63,613 nt of DNA, filler included, from Octopus bimaculoides (GCF_001194135.2; 5 parts of 4 records of this genome joined end to end with filler, not necessarily neighbours in it), one strand, 5' to 3'. Positions 13,280 through 25,985 are shown, counted from the first letter of the whole stretch. Notes: generated by a model not told the origin, from the letters alone. Made by a program: numbers and translations.

Positions 13280-15540
13280 NNNNNNNNNNNNNNNNNNNNN
13301 NNNNNNNNNNNNNNNNNNNNNNNNNNNNNNNNNNNNNNNNNNNNNNNNNNNNNNNNNNNNNNNNNNNNNNNNNNNNNNNNNNNNNNNNNNNNNNNNNNNN
13401 NNNNNNNNNNNNNNNNNNNNNNNNNNNNNNNNNNNNNNNNNNNNNNNNNNNNNNNNNNNNNNNNNNNNNNNNNNNNNNNNNNNNNNNNNNNNNNNNNNNN
13501 NNNNNNNNNNNNNNNNNNNNNNNNNNNNNNNNNNNNNNNNNNNNNNNNNNNNNNNNNNNNNNNNNNNNNNNNNNNNNNNNNNNNNNNNNNNNNNNNNNNN
13601 NNNNNNNNNNNNNNNNNNNNNNNNNNNNNNNNNNNNNNNNNNNNNNNNNNNNNNNNNNNNNNNNNNNNNNNNNNNNNNNNNNNNNNNNNNTGTGTGTGTG
13701 TGTATTAATGTATATATGCATATAAAGTTTAACATACAAATGCACTCACGTACACATATGTTTTTTAGTCTGTATATACATGCATTGCACATCTGTATGT
13801 GTGGGTGTACGCATTGCACACACAGGCGCACGCACAAGACACGCTCATACATACACGCTCAATTACAGATATGTATGTATGTATTTACGTATGTACTTGC
13901 CTAAATATTTGTAGAAATAAACAAACATGCCTATAGCCTCAGCATTTAACTGGTATGTATGTTATTGAACCTTAAATGCTAAAAGGCAAAGCCAACATCG
14001 GTGTCATGTCCAGAGTAGAATTGACATGATATAATATAATACTTTTTTAAAGTATTATATTATGTTATGTAACATCTGTGCCATTTTCATGAGAATATAT
14101 ATGGATTTCTAACACACATACTAGGTCATACTTATTAGCAGATGATATGGCGAAATAATGGGTGCCATTTCGCGATTGGTAGTTTGATTCGATATCATGA
14201 AATATATAAATACAGAGTCAAATCATGTACCTTTTTATTTAATAATAGTAGTTATCATGGTCTTCTTAAAATTTAAGGAAACCAATTAAAATGGACAGGA
14301 ACGGGAAATGAAGTGAAATAGTGTACTTTTGTTAATCGGTTTATCAATGCCTAAAGTAACAAATGTGAATTTGACTTTAGCATATTTTAAAATCAGGATG
14401 TGAGGATACCTATCAAAGCCCTGTAAAATCTCTCTACTAATAGCCAACAAATTCCGCCACTGATCTTAACTATAATAAGAAATATGCATAAAAATCTACT
14501 ACAAAGCCAACAATTTTGACATAAAGGCATAATTAATTAAAATTTATTTAATTGTTTGAATCGTATTTCCTTTATAAGCTACGGAGTGATGAGAAACATT
14601 TGGAACCATTTAAGAAATACCAGCTTAAATGGTATTTCTATAATTCTTGCACTGCCAAAATATTTCTGCTCGTTTTACATTTTGCAATGTACAAACATGT
14701 ATTATTTGTAGAAAATATAGAATATGTCACATTCATTCTTTTCAAAAGTAGATACTATGAAAGACAGTGTATGAAACTGAAATGTAATACATGCCTGCTG
14801 GATATGCATACACACACAGACACACATAATATCTCAGAAACTTATATAGGCATATCCTCATAAACGAATACCCATTTACGAATGAACGTTCGCGTGTAGG
14901 TAACGTCATATTACAACGGGGTTTCTTTTAAATATATTTTTATAGCTACTGTCAGGTGCTAGCAAAAAAAGATTATATCAATACGCTTCTATTCTATTTA
15001 TGATATCTGCCTTAGTTTTTTATGTGAAATATCAAAAGCAAACACGTTTCGTTGTTTCTCTTCTATAAAGCATTAAAGTGAATGCATATGACAGAATCAA
15101 GTTTAATATTTCCAGTAAAAAGTTTATTATATCATTGCATTGGTTCGACACACCTGTGAATATACTTAATGGTATGCCTGGAGTCACTTGCTTGGTAGTT
15201 ATTTTGGAATGAGATTAAAATATTGTTTTATTTATCTAATTTTATTTCATTTTACTTTATTTTGCTCCTTTTTTTGTAGTTAGGAAATACTTGCATTTAT
15301 TTTTATATTTTCAAAATAATATTCTTTCATAAAATGAAATTTAGAAAATTAATAAATTTAATTTCACCTTGCTCATTTTTACATTTTCTACTTTTGAAAA
15401 CATCTCTGCTAGTTGAATATATCCATTATGAAAATTGGTTCTTTAAAACGTACTTATATCACTATCAACCTATCTGGAGACAAACATACACTTGAATGCA
15501 TATATGTGTATATACATACAAACATACAAACATATATGTC

Positions 15541-15619
<79 letters not shown>

Positions 15620-16875
15620 TACATACATACGTGTGTGTGAGTGTGTGTGTAAATATATAATTTGCTGTTCCGTTTAGGTAAAATCACCAAAACAGTACTC
15701 CATTCAATGATAAATGAATATAATTTAAAGTTCACTGTATTAAAATAAGAGCTAGTAATAGTCTTTTGTGCTTAAGACATGTGGTTCGGCAGATTTTATA
15801 ATATGCCTTGTTTGTCCAATAAATCTCAGGCTCTGAGCGCATGTTTTACTCTATTTGAAAATCAGGACGCTGGTGCATAAGAACATGCGGGGAAAATCTA
15901 TATCTCCCGTACCAGCGTGCTCATTTCCCTATAGAACAAACCATGTACCTATAGCCTGGAGATTGCTTGGAGACACACAGAGCGTTATAAAACCTTCCCC
16001 GCCACATGTGTTAACGGCAAGAAACTATTAGGAGCACATGTTTTGATAGAATGTACATTAAACTATGCGCGCGTGTGTGTGTGTACTGGTATACATACAG
16101 GAACGATTGTTCAGTTTACTGGATAAGCTCTGTACTCTTATTTTAAGGTTACGGACTTGCTTTGATGTTTATATTTTTGTTATTTTATTTTCGGTCTGGC
16201 AAATGTTTGTTTCATTATGCTAATTCTGTGTGAATTTATTTTCCACTGTTATTTATTTTCCAGTTAGGATAGAATGTGTTCATATTTCTGATCAGTCAGT
16301 TTATTTTTTAAACTAATCGTGGTTTCTACTTCGTTTGTTTATTATTTGTCTAGATATTTGTATGTTGTTTAATTAATGAGAAGAGGTCAAAAGTAGAAAT
16401 ATGCAAATGAAACTACCAACTTCTATAGTATCTTAATCTACGACTACTTTAATCACTTCTGAATATTATATAATAAAAAATGGTGAAGGAAACTGGATAC
16501 ATCACCTCTGAAGGTCGCTAAGGATATTGAGAAATGCTTTCACAGGAAACTCTTTTTACTTGTTTATTCTTTTCATGAATACTAATATCAGAGCGCACGC
16601 TGAAAATTTCTTTCTTCCAAATTTACGGCGAGATGTACAGGTCTGTGTACGCGCGCGCGTGTATATNNNNNNNNNNNNNNNNNNNNNNNNNNNNNNNNNN
16701 NNNNNNNNNNNNNNNNNNNNNNNNNNNNNNNNNNNNNNNNNNNNNNNNNNNNNNNNNNNNNNNNNNNNNNNNNNNNNNNNNNNNNNNNNNNNNNNNNNNN
16801 NNNNNNNNNNNNNNNNNNNNNNNNNNNNNNNNNNNNNNNNNNNNNNNNNNNNNNNNNNNNNNNNNNNNNNNNNNN

Positions 16876-16910
<35 letters not shown>

Positions 16911-17018
16911 TGGATAGATAGATAGATAGATACATAGATAGATAGGGTGATAAATTGAATTGAAAACCAAGTGGCATAGCATATAAAAAATATGAAAATT
17001 CAGAAAAAATTGTATTAC

Positions 17019-17308
17019 ACGTGTATAAGGGATGACCACTAGGTGGTCATCCAATGTGTTAGAAAGAGGTCATCAACGAGCCAACCACAAAGAAAAATAA
17101 TGTTCTTCAGAAAAATTTCGCAAAAACGCCAGTACAGGATTTAATGAGAAATATACAGAATAAAGAGTTATCTATGGACTGCAGTTTCGAACATTAACGT
17201 TATACTTACGTAATAACATCTGTGTTCTCATCAGCAAAGACGTTCTGGGTCGTTGATGACTTCTTTCTAGCATATTGAATGTCCACCTAGTGGTCATCCC
17301 TTATACAC

Positions 17309-17310
<2 letters not shown>
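17019..17310. mobile_element. 292-bp non-autonomous element with 61-bp terminal inverted repeats enclosing a hammerhead ribozyme
   Basis: 17019-17079 vs reverse complement of 17250-17310: 56/61 identical; right end abuts (TA)n. Confidence 0.85.
17170..17241 (-). ncRNA. Minimal type I hammerhead ribozyme, intact core
   Basis: gtctttg CTGATGA gaaca-(cag atgttat tacgtaagt ataacgt taa)-tgttc GAAA c-tgca-g TC catagat; stem I 6/7 pairs, stem II 5+7 bp, one-bp stem III with palindromic loop. Confidence 0.85.
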
Positions 17311-17387
<77 letters not shown>

Positions 17388-19507
17388 ATATATCTATAAT
17401 AACGCCTAGAATATTTTTATATTATGACAAATGTAAAGAAAAACTAAAGCTATTGTACACAACTTTTACACCAGAGCTATATGGAACAATGTACTTATCT
17501 TCAAATCAAGTCTTCACTCTGACACTAGAAGTTTGCTTTTTTCTAGGGTAAGAAGTGGCACATTTGTAACATCACAGTAGTATTTCAAAATGTCGGTAAA
17601 ACTAGCTTGATAGAGTTTATTTTGTTATGTCATCACAAGATATTGTGGCGCAAGTTAGAAACTATCAACTTCTCACTTGAAATGTCCATTTAGACATGAT
17701 GTAATGATGTTCAGTGAAATGGCTTTGGTCTACATTCTATTTAAGAAGATAAGCATCTTATCTCTTAACACATAGACAAAACAATCAGCATTGTGCCTGC
17801 CCTCAGTATAAAAGATCCAATTACAACATATTTGCAGCCGAAGCAGACAATCCAGGTCTCACCCACACGTTCGTTACACTTTCATCGGAGCTGTCAGCAG
17901 CATAAAACTACAACTGCACCAGTGCGTGATTCCACATGAAAATCTTACTACAAATAATTTAGACGGTGAAGAAGTCATGGGTCATTATGAATATAATTTT
18001 AAATTTCATCGCAAAATTGAAACAGAAGATTCTGTTTCTGTTTTTATTTTAATCGATATAACGATCTTGCAAAATACTGCTACAAGAAAAAAAAAACCAC
18101 AGGCTTCATTGCAACGTTTAGTTGACATTTAAATGTAGTGAATCTGGTACAAGAGGTGCCTCGAAATATTATTCAATATATAATCTGACTAAATGTTCTC
18201 TTCTGGCGTTACTAGCACAAACCTAAGTGAACGGGGTGCTCTGTTAAAAGAATACTGAGCTAATATTTCTTTCTAAGAAGCATATCAATCATTCTCTTAG
18301 TTGTAGGAATACTTCTCAACTCCTCCCTCTTGTGTCGTTGATCTGAAATTAGATATTCAAGTAAATATCACTGCCTAACAAGCCACCCATGTTCTATAAT
18401 GTTTTAACGTAAATGGTTCCTATTTCTGAAATGAAAATGTGTATATAAAAACATTACATATACCATTACGTCAAAGTAAATTGGATTGGCTATTGCAATT
18501 CCACAGATGATTTAGAACGACATCGTATGACAAATTACGAAATTCTGGTACAGAATGTTATGTTTCTTCTAATGAATATGTAGTTTTACACGTAATATAA
18601 TTAAACACACAATTATTTATAAATAACCTACACACACATGTAAATACACGTGTATTCATAATATACAACATATANNNNNNNNNNNNNNNNNNNNNNNNNN
18701 NNNNNNNNNNNNNNNNNNNNNNNNNNNNNNNNNNNNNNNNNNNNNNNNNNNNNNNNNNNNNNNNNNNNNNNNNNNNNNNNNNNNNNNNNNNNNNNNNNNN
18801 NNNNNNNNNNNNNNNNNNNNNNNNNNNNNNNNNNNNNNNNNNNNNNNNNNNNNNNNNNNNNNNNNNNNNNNNNNNNNNNNNNNNNNNNNNNNNNNNNNNN
18901 NNNNNNNNNNNNNNNNNNNNNNNNNNNNNNNNNNNNNNNNNNNNNNNNNNNNNNNNNNNNNNNNNNNNNNNNNNNNNNNNNNNNNNNNNNNNNNNNNNNN
19001 NNNNNNNNNNNNNNNNNNNNNNNNNNNNNNNNNNNNNNNNNNNNNNNNNNNNNNNNNNNNNNNNNNNNNNNNNNNNNNNNNNNNNNNNNNNNNNNNNNNN
19101 NNNNNNNNNNNNNNNNNNNNNNNNNNNNNNNNNNNNNNNNNNNNNNNNNNNNNNNNNNNNNNNNNNNNNNNNNNNNNNNNNNNNNNNNNNNNNNNNNNNN
19201 NNNNNNNNNNNNNNNNNNNNNNNNNNNNNNNNNNNNNNNNNNNNNNNNNNNNNNNNNNNNNNNNNNNNNNNNNNNNNNNNNNNNNNNNNNNNNNNNNNNN
19301 NNNNNNNNNNNNNNNNNNNNNNNNNNNNNNNNNNNNNNNNNNNNNNNNNNNNNNNNNNNNNNNNNNNNNNNNNNNNNNNNNNNNNNNNNNNNNNNNNNNN
19401 NNNNNNNNNNNNNNNNNNNNNNNNNNNNNNNNNNNNNNNNNNNNNNNNNNNNNNNNNNNNNNNNNNNNNNNNNNNNNNNNNNNNNNNNNNNNNNNNNNNN
19501 NNNNNNN

Positions 19508-19544
<37 letters not shown>

Positions 19545-20389
19545 GTATGTATGCATGTATACAGGTGCGTACTTACTGTTTCCCCCGGCTGATGTGAAGT
19601 CGAGCAGTCTTATCAACAATTGCTTTCAACTTGTAAGTGTTATGTATGTGTGTGTGCATTTCGTACGTTTGTGTGTGAGTGAGTGATTGTAAGTTGTGTG
19701 TATGTGTGTGTGCGTGTGCGTGTGTGTGTTTGTATGTTGTCATCCACCGCTATTTATCAGCCGTGTCGGTTTGCTTATATTCCAGTAACCTANNNNNNNN
19801 NNGTGCGTGTGCGTGTGTGTGTTTGTATGTTGTCATCCACCACTATTTATCAGCCGTGTCGGTTTGCTTATATTCCAGTAACCTAGCAGTTTATCAGAAA
19901 GAACGGACAGAAAAAGTACAGGGTTTAAAAAAAAAGGCACATAAACAAAGGAGTCGATTCATTCGAGTAAAACACTTTCAAGGCGTTGCCCTTGCAATGC
20001 CTCCATCCAATAACTGAAGCAAGTAAAATGTAACAGATAAAAAGATAACAGCACTATAGGAAAATTCAACGTGAAATGTACGATGAAAAATAAATTAATG
20101 TTAATGGTACGTGAAATCTGTTACCAGTTATTTGATCACCAAAAGTCGTTTCGTGTTTCGGTTTATATCATACGGCTGTTACAGAGCAAAGAAAACGATA
20201 ATTACATACCATACGTCTCCTTTAACCAGCCCCTCTGCTTGCACACATAATCCAGATTTGTACGTAAGCAGTTACACAAACACATAGATAATTACACATT
20301 TCAAAATACGTTTCAGCTTCAAAGATACAAAAAATACTTAGAAGGCACAATGTATATATGTGTGTCTTTGGAAAAGTTAAAAGAAAGGG

Positions 20390-21827
20390 ATCACACAGTA
20401 GAAAAATACTTCTTCCCAAAAAGGTTTGTAGCATCCTGATAAAAGATTTCATAGCATTTCTTTAAACTATAATTTGGGGGTATTTGGGTGGGGGGCATGA
20501 GTCTCTTTGGTTTTCTCTTCCTCCTTTGAAGTTGTTGATGTTGTTGGTGGTGGTCATGGTGATGATGATGCTGTAGTTTTTGTTCTTGGTGGCGCTGGTG
20601 GTGTTGTTGTTTGGTTCAGCTGACTTGTTGGTTTCTGATGTTCCTTCATTTGTTTGTAGAGCTGTTTAATTAGTTGTGCATATGGCAGTGTGGGTAGCAG
20701 TGCTGGTTTTTTGCTCGGTTTTTGGTTTTCTTGTGGTTGTTGTTGTTTTTCGTGATCTTGTTGTCGTTGTTGTTGCTGTTGTTGTTGTTTCTGTGCTAGT
20801 GGGCAAGTAATTTGTAAGTGTGCTTTGCTACCTAAAGCGTAGCAACGTGGCTTTCCGCCTTCAACGGCCACATGTAAACTCGAATCTTCTCTCAATTGGA
20901 TTCGATGTGGAATTTTTTCGATAATCATCGGATTAATTTGAGTTTTGCTGGTCCACGACAGCGATTTCCAAGATATGGATTTCGTCTTCGATGTCATAGC
21001 AAATGGCAGACACGAGCCAAATAGAAATATTTTATTTCAGGAGGCACGTTCATTTTAATGTTTGTGACCCTACAACCAAGGTATGTAGGTATCATCAATA
21101 AATTTTCAAATTGGAAGGACTTTGTGGAGAGGTCCTTGGCTCTTTCTTCGCTGTCGAATCGAACTTCGATCGTGGCAAATCTGTTTCCTCTCGTGATGTA
21201 GTATTTAAAGGCCCATATAGGCCTTAAACACTTTTCGACATTTTCTTGAGCGGCCTTTTCGTATAGCCTTGTTTTCAAGTTGAGTGTCCTGTAAATAATT
21301 GGGTCTTTTTCGATTTTTTCCGTAATGTTTTGTGGTGTCTGTAGTTGCATGCTGAGGTCGTCGTTTTTAAACATTGCTTTACAGGCGAGCAGTTCTTCTT
21401 TGGAAAAGCACATGACTCTTTTCTTTAACTTTAAAGCTGCAGCAAAATTGTTTCAGTATTCGTGTTGGTTGTAGTGGTGATGGCGGTAGTGGTGGTAGCA
21501 GTGGTTATAGTAGCTGAAGCATTCGTGCCATCTAAGGTCTGTGTCCGTTCACGCGGAACGACTTTGCTTTCAGCTTCCTTCGCTTCAAGCAGTGGTAGAG
21601 GAGGGAAGTCGGCCTCATGGTTTCGCTTAGCTATATTTGTTTAGAAATATAGCAAGGAAATCGAAGAAATAGAAATGTAAATAGGTTTGAAACTGCCCCT
21701 TGAAAACACACTCAAACGAAAGCTGGGTGCTTTACGCACCTTGCGTGCAAACAGTGAAACAAAATGTGTGCAATGAAAGGTCGAAAAAAGAGGTTACCTA
21801 CGGAGCCAATGCAACATCACGTCAGTC

Positions 21828-21828
<1 letters not shown>
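20390..21828 (-). mobile_element. L1/Tx1-like LINE 5' region: 5' UTR plus frameshifted ORF1 with degenerate zinc knuckle
   Basis: ORFs 20994-21413 (FATIEVRFDSEERAKDLS..IPTYLG) and 20554-20997 (VEGGKPRCYALGSKAHLQITCP, a CX2CX4HX4C knuckle with Cys2 lost), then a Gln/Pro/Thr-rich tail. Confidence 0.65.

Positions 21829-21880
<52 letters not shown>
21829..21880. repeat. (GATA)n microsatellite
   Basis: Read directly. Confidence 0.95.
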
Positions 21881-21881
<1 letters not shown>

Positions 21882-21884
21882 GCC

Positions 21885-22060
21885 TATAGTTGCACACAGT
21901 CTGTTACGACGACTAGTGTTCCTGTTGCTCTGATTAAAGGAACACCCTGCTCGTAAAATGAGCGTGCAAGTGGCTGACACTCTATATACACCCAAACACT
22001 TACGTAGTTCTTAGGGAGAGTAAAATTGACAAAACTAGCTCTTTTAAATGCAGATACTAC
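21885..22060 (-). mobile_element. SINE family C, decayed 3' part
   Basis: GTGCAAGTGGCTGACACTC..ACGTAGTTCTTAGGGAG aligns with 58060-58125. Confidence 0.6.
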
Positions 22061-22237
22061 TGATTTTTGTCAGCTGGATGAAATGAACCAGCCCTAAATA
22101 AAGTGTCTAGTTGAGGGACACAACGTGACACAGGGCGTCGAACCGTATACCGTAACCACCAAACCACGCGCTTACATACACAAACACCCACACGCACACG
22201 CACACGCACACACACACACACGCACGCACACACACAA

Positions 22238-22296
<59 letters not shown>

Positions 22297-22904
22297 CATA
22301 TATATATGTGCGTATACGTATATATATATATATATATATATAGTTAAAAAAAACAATAACAAAAAAACAAAAAACAACAAAGTGAGGACGTGATATGGAT
22401 AAAACATATAGAAATATAGACATATATATAAGCGTTTGTGGGAATTATTTCACACAATTTTACCAAGTATTAAAAACATTTTTTTTTTCATAGTTTTAAG
22501 TTCGTCATCTGAACGTCACTAACCTTTTTTTGGCACGCGTTTCTTTCTAGTGGATGTGTGAGCTTTCAATCATGTTTTCAAGCATATATGTATGTATGTA
22601 TGTATGTATGCATGCATGTATGTATGTATGTATGTATGTATGTATGTATGTGGATGTATACATGTTTGCATGTATATGTAAATGCATATGTACATATGAG
22701 CGTACGTTTATATATGCATATATGTTTGAGCATGAATATATGTGTGTGAATGTGTGTAAATGCATATGGGTGTGTGTGTATGTCTGTGCGGATGCATGCG
22801 CGTGTGTGTGATCGGATGTGTACTGGCAGCTAAACACCTCCGCATTTACCTCCTTCTTCTCCTCCAACTCCAGACTGCACGAACCAAATAAAACTCCACC
22901 CAAA

Positions 22905-23160
22905 CATATCTTCTTCGTGTCTTCCACGCTAGCACTTGTATACATTAACGAACTACTCGATGCTATCTCACACAACACCCACTTACATCTATACTTATAA
23001 TATCACGCTATACATTTCTTGAACATTCTTCTCAGAAGTTTCATGCACACACAACCCAAACACCTTTATGTCAAACCTGCACAACCTGTATAAACAAACC
23101 TTGTAAATACCCTTCAACAGCACCAATCACTAAATATCAAGAACTCTAACAAACAACCTT
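22905..23160 (+). mobile_element. Decayed CR1/L2-group LINE reverse transcriptase fragment
   Basis: LVYINELLDAISHNTHLHLY resembles the FLIYINDL...IHLYADD stretch of CR1/L2 RT. Confidence 0.4.
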
Positions 23161-23852
23161 GTACTTACTCTCATGGATTTTTTATGATAATTAATGAGTC
23201 ACATGCAAGCAAGTTTCAATTAATTGCTTACATATGCGCAGTTTTATTATTTAATGTTATATAACACGAAGCAAATACATGTAATTTTTCGTTTGGTAAT
23301 TGTATATCCTTTCCTCGTTATGCTACCAAGGGCATCTTTTTAAGGCATGTGTCATAAGAGAGTTATTGGAAGTTTTAGGTATTCATGTGAGCAATTTCAG
23401 CCCTAAAATATGAAACATTCTGTGCGGTTGTAACACCTTAATATGGTGATGCTTTCTGAGATATCGCCGTACAGATGGTCACACCAAATGCAAATATGCG
23501 AGATATTAGGACCTTCTATAACTCTTCATCCACGTCAGAAACTTATCAGAAACACATACAGACATGCGTTCGTGCGGACATATGTGAACCCACAGACACG
23601 CCAAAACATACAGGTGTACAATACACACACACACACAGGCAAATATGACTCTCCTTCTATCTACCTCCATATCTATGTGTGCATATGTGAGTCAATGTTT
23701 CTGTATGTTAGTTTTTCTCTGTGTGTGTGTGTGTGTGTGTGTGAGTGTGTGTGTGTGTGCATATTAATGTTTTCTTCGTTATCGTCACAATTAACATTGT
23801 CATCATCACCATAATCATCATCATCAATCAGCAACACCACTATTATTAATGC

Positions 23853-23924
<72 letters not shown>

Positions 23925-23944
23925 CATTATTATTATTATTATTT

Positions 23945-24475
23945 TATTAAGTGAGAGAGTTGTGTAAGCCATCAAAGTAACACTGGGGTAAAATATACGA
24001 AGCCCATTATACCCATCGTGACTACCCATCTGATAAGGGTACACCAGACACATGTATCACAACCATATGAGCCTGACATGGTGATCGTATATCAAGATAA
24101 ACAGCGCATGACCTTGCTGGTGGAGCGTAGTTGGAATTTTTTTTTTCAGGACGAGTAGCCCATCCTGCTCAAAAGGTCCCTGAATAAGAGTTGTTTAAAG
24201 ATGTTCAACGAAGCATCTATGTTTCCAAAGGTGAATTATGCAAACCTAGGTACATGTCTCTCATACTCACTGAAAGATGCACATATTGTCAGCCACCAAG
24301 GGACATGATCAACTAGTTAAGGTCAAACAACTGATAAGTATATCCGTGGTTTTGACCAGTATATTTGCTATAGACCATCGTTTATATCATGACAAAACAA
24401 AGTGCATGGTAATACTGCCAATCAGTTAAGATCAGAAGTCATAAGATCCACTGCCTGGTAGTGCATCAGGGCATT
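23945..24475 (-). mobile_element. Unclassified ~530-bp element bounded by (ATT)n arrays on both sides
   Basis: Complex sequence with sharp borders into (ATT)n at 23850-23945 and about 24475; no ORF; strand inferred only from the (AAT)n tail. Confidence 0.45.
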
Positions 24476-24502
24476 ATTATTATCATCATTATTATTATCA
24501 TT

Positions 24503-24712
24503 ACGGTGAGCTGGCAGAATTATAAGCACGTTGGGCAAAACGCATAACATTATTTCGACCGTCTTTGCATTCTGAGTTCAAATTCTGCCGAGGTCAGTTT
24601 TGCCTGTCATCCTTCGGAGTCGATAAAGTAAGTGACAGTCGAACACTGGAGTCGTTGCAATCAACTTTTCCCATATGCCAAAACTGCAGACCTTGTGTCA
24701 AATTTTGAACTT
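24503..24712 (+). mobile_element. SINE family A in an (ATT)n array
   Basis: GGTGAGCTGGCAGAAT..CTGAGTTCAAATTCTGCCGAGGTC. Confidence 0.75.
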
Positions 24713-24808
24713 ATTATTATTTTTGTTATTGTTGTTGTTGTTGTTGTTGTTGTTGTCGTCGTCGTCATCGTCGTCGTTATCATTGTTGTTCTTGTTGTTA
24801 TTATTATT

Positions 24809-25190
24809 ACCTCCGCCAAAGAAGGAGGTTATGTTTTCATCGGCGTTGGTTTGTCCGTCTGTTCGACTGTGTGCAAAATAACTCAACAAGTACTGAACTG
24901 TATTTGATGAAACGTGCAGGAAAAGTTGGTAATAACACAAGAAGCAGATGATGAAATTTGGGAAGGCCTCTGAGAATTTTCATGGATTCTTGAAGGATTT
25001 TCCATTAGTCATATTTACTTTACATGAAATATTACAATGTTACGTTCTTTGATTATTTCCCTTAAAAACACCTTCATCGTTTCCATATAATCTATGGTAG
25101 CGTTGCTGTTTCCAAAATTTCTTTTCGTATCTCTAATAGTAATTTTACTCGCGTTTCTATCTTAAAATGAGCTGCTTGGCGGAGGTCTGC
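24809..25190 (+). mobile_element. Helentron-associated non-autonomous element (DINE-1/HINE-like), 3' end truncated
   Basis: Perfect 11-bp subterminal inverted repeat ACCTCCGCCAA (24809-24819) / TTGGCGGAGGT (25176-25186); GTCC/GTCT tract after the 5' repeat. Confidence 0.6.
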
Positions 25191-25310
25191 GGAGGATGAC
25201 ATGACAAGCCTTGACTATTGGGTTCGACTCAAAAATCTTAGGCTTTGGTCCCTCCACCGCCGCTGTGAAACTAGCTTGCTGTTGTCATTGATGTATTATA
25301 AACTGCTTCA
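25191..25310 (+). mobile_element. CR1-like LINE ORF2 C-terminal fragment
   Basis: Translates LDYWVRLKNLRLWSLHRRCE, resembling the CR1-group motif LxYxERLxxLxLxSLxRRRxR. Confidence 0.55.
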
Positions 25311-25372
25311 GATGATTCCTGTTTTTAAAGGTTTTTTTTTTTGTTTAATAATAAGGCTGTGTCATTTTTTTT

Positions 25373-25504
25373 AACCCCACCAAGGAGGTTATGTTTTTGC
25401 CGGCGTTGGTTTCGGAAATTAGCCGAATTTCAGCATGCGTGTATATATATGGGTGGAAATGAGTTGTTCGGCAGAGGTCTGCGCTCTCGAGTGCTTTTCA
25501 AGTT
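25373..25504 (+). mobile_element. Internally deleted HINE-like copy with intact 3' hairpin
   Basis: CCAAGGAGGTTATGTTTT start as in 24809; ends GGCAGAGGTCT-GCGCTC TC GAGTGC-TTTTCAAGTT. Confidence 0.6.
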
Positions 25505-25938
25505 ATTATTTGGTTTTCGCTTTTTCGCTTAATAACTACGAACAAAAGTGTGAAACGTCGAGAAAAGGTAGAGATGGTTATGCTTTATACTCTTTCATTA
25601 TTTTTTTGTAATCTGTCGAGTTTGATTGTCGTAAACTATTGTTGGATTACAATTTCACTTCTGTACCATTGAGGTCTGTAGACTGTAGACTGATGAAATG
25701 CCGATTATGTACTAAATGTATATTTATTCAATTAAAATATTATATTACACAATACATCATCTCCTGGTGCGTTAGGAATTTATTATATTATGACTTTAAA
25801 TGTGTGTATATGTGTATATACTTGTGCGTGTATGTATGTATGTATGTATGTATGTATGCATGTATACTTGCGCGTATGCGTATATGTATATACTTGTGCG
25901 GGTGTGTTTCTGCTAGTATCTCTTTCATTATATCAACT

Positions 25939-25985
<47 letters not shown>

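Noticed and set aside
19715-19885. ~80-bp direct duplication
   Set aside because: The copies flank a 10-N gap; most likely overlapping contig ends or haplotypes, not a real tandem repeat
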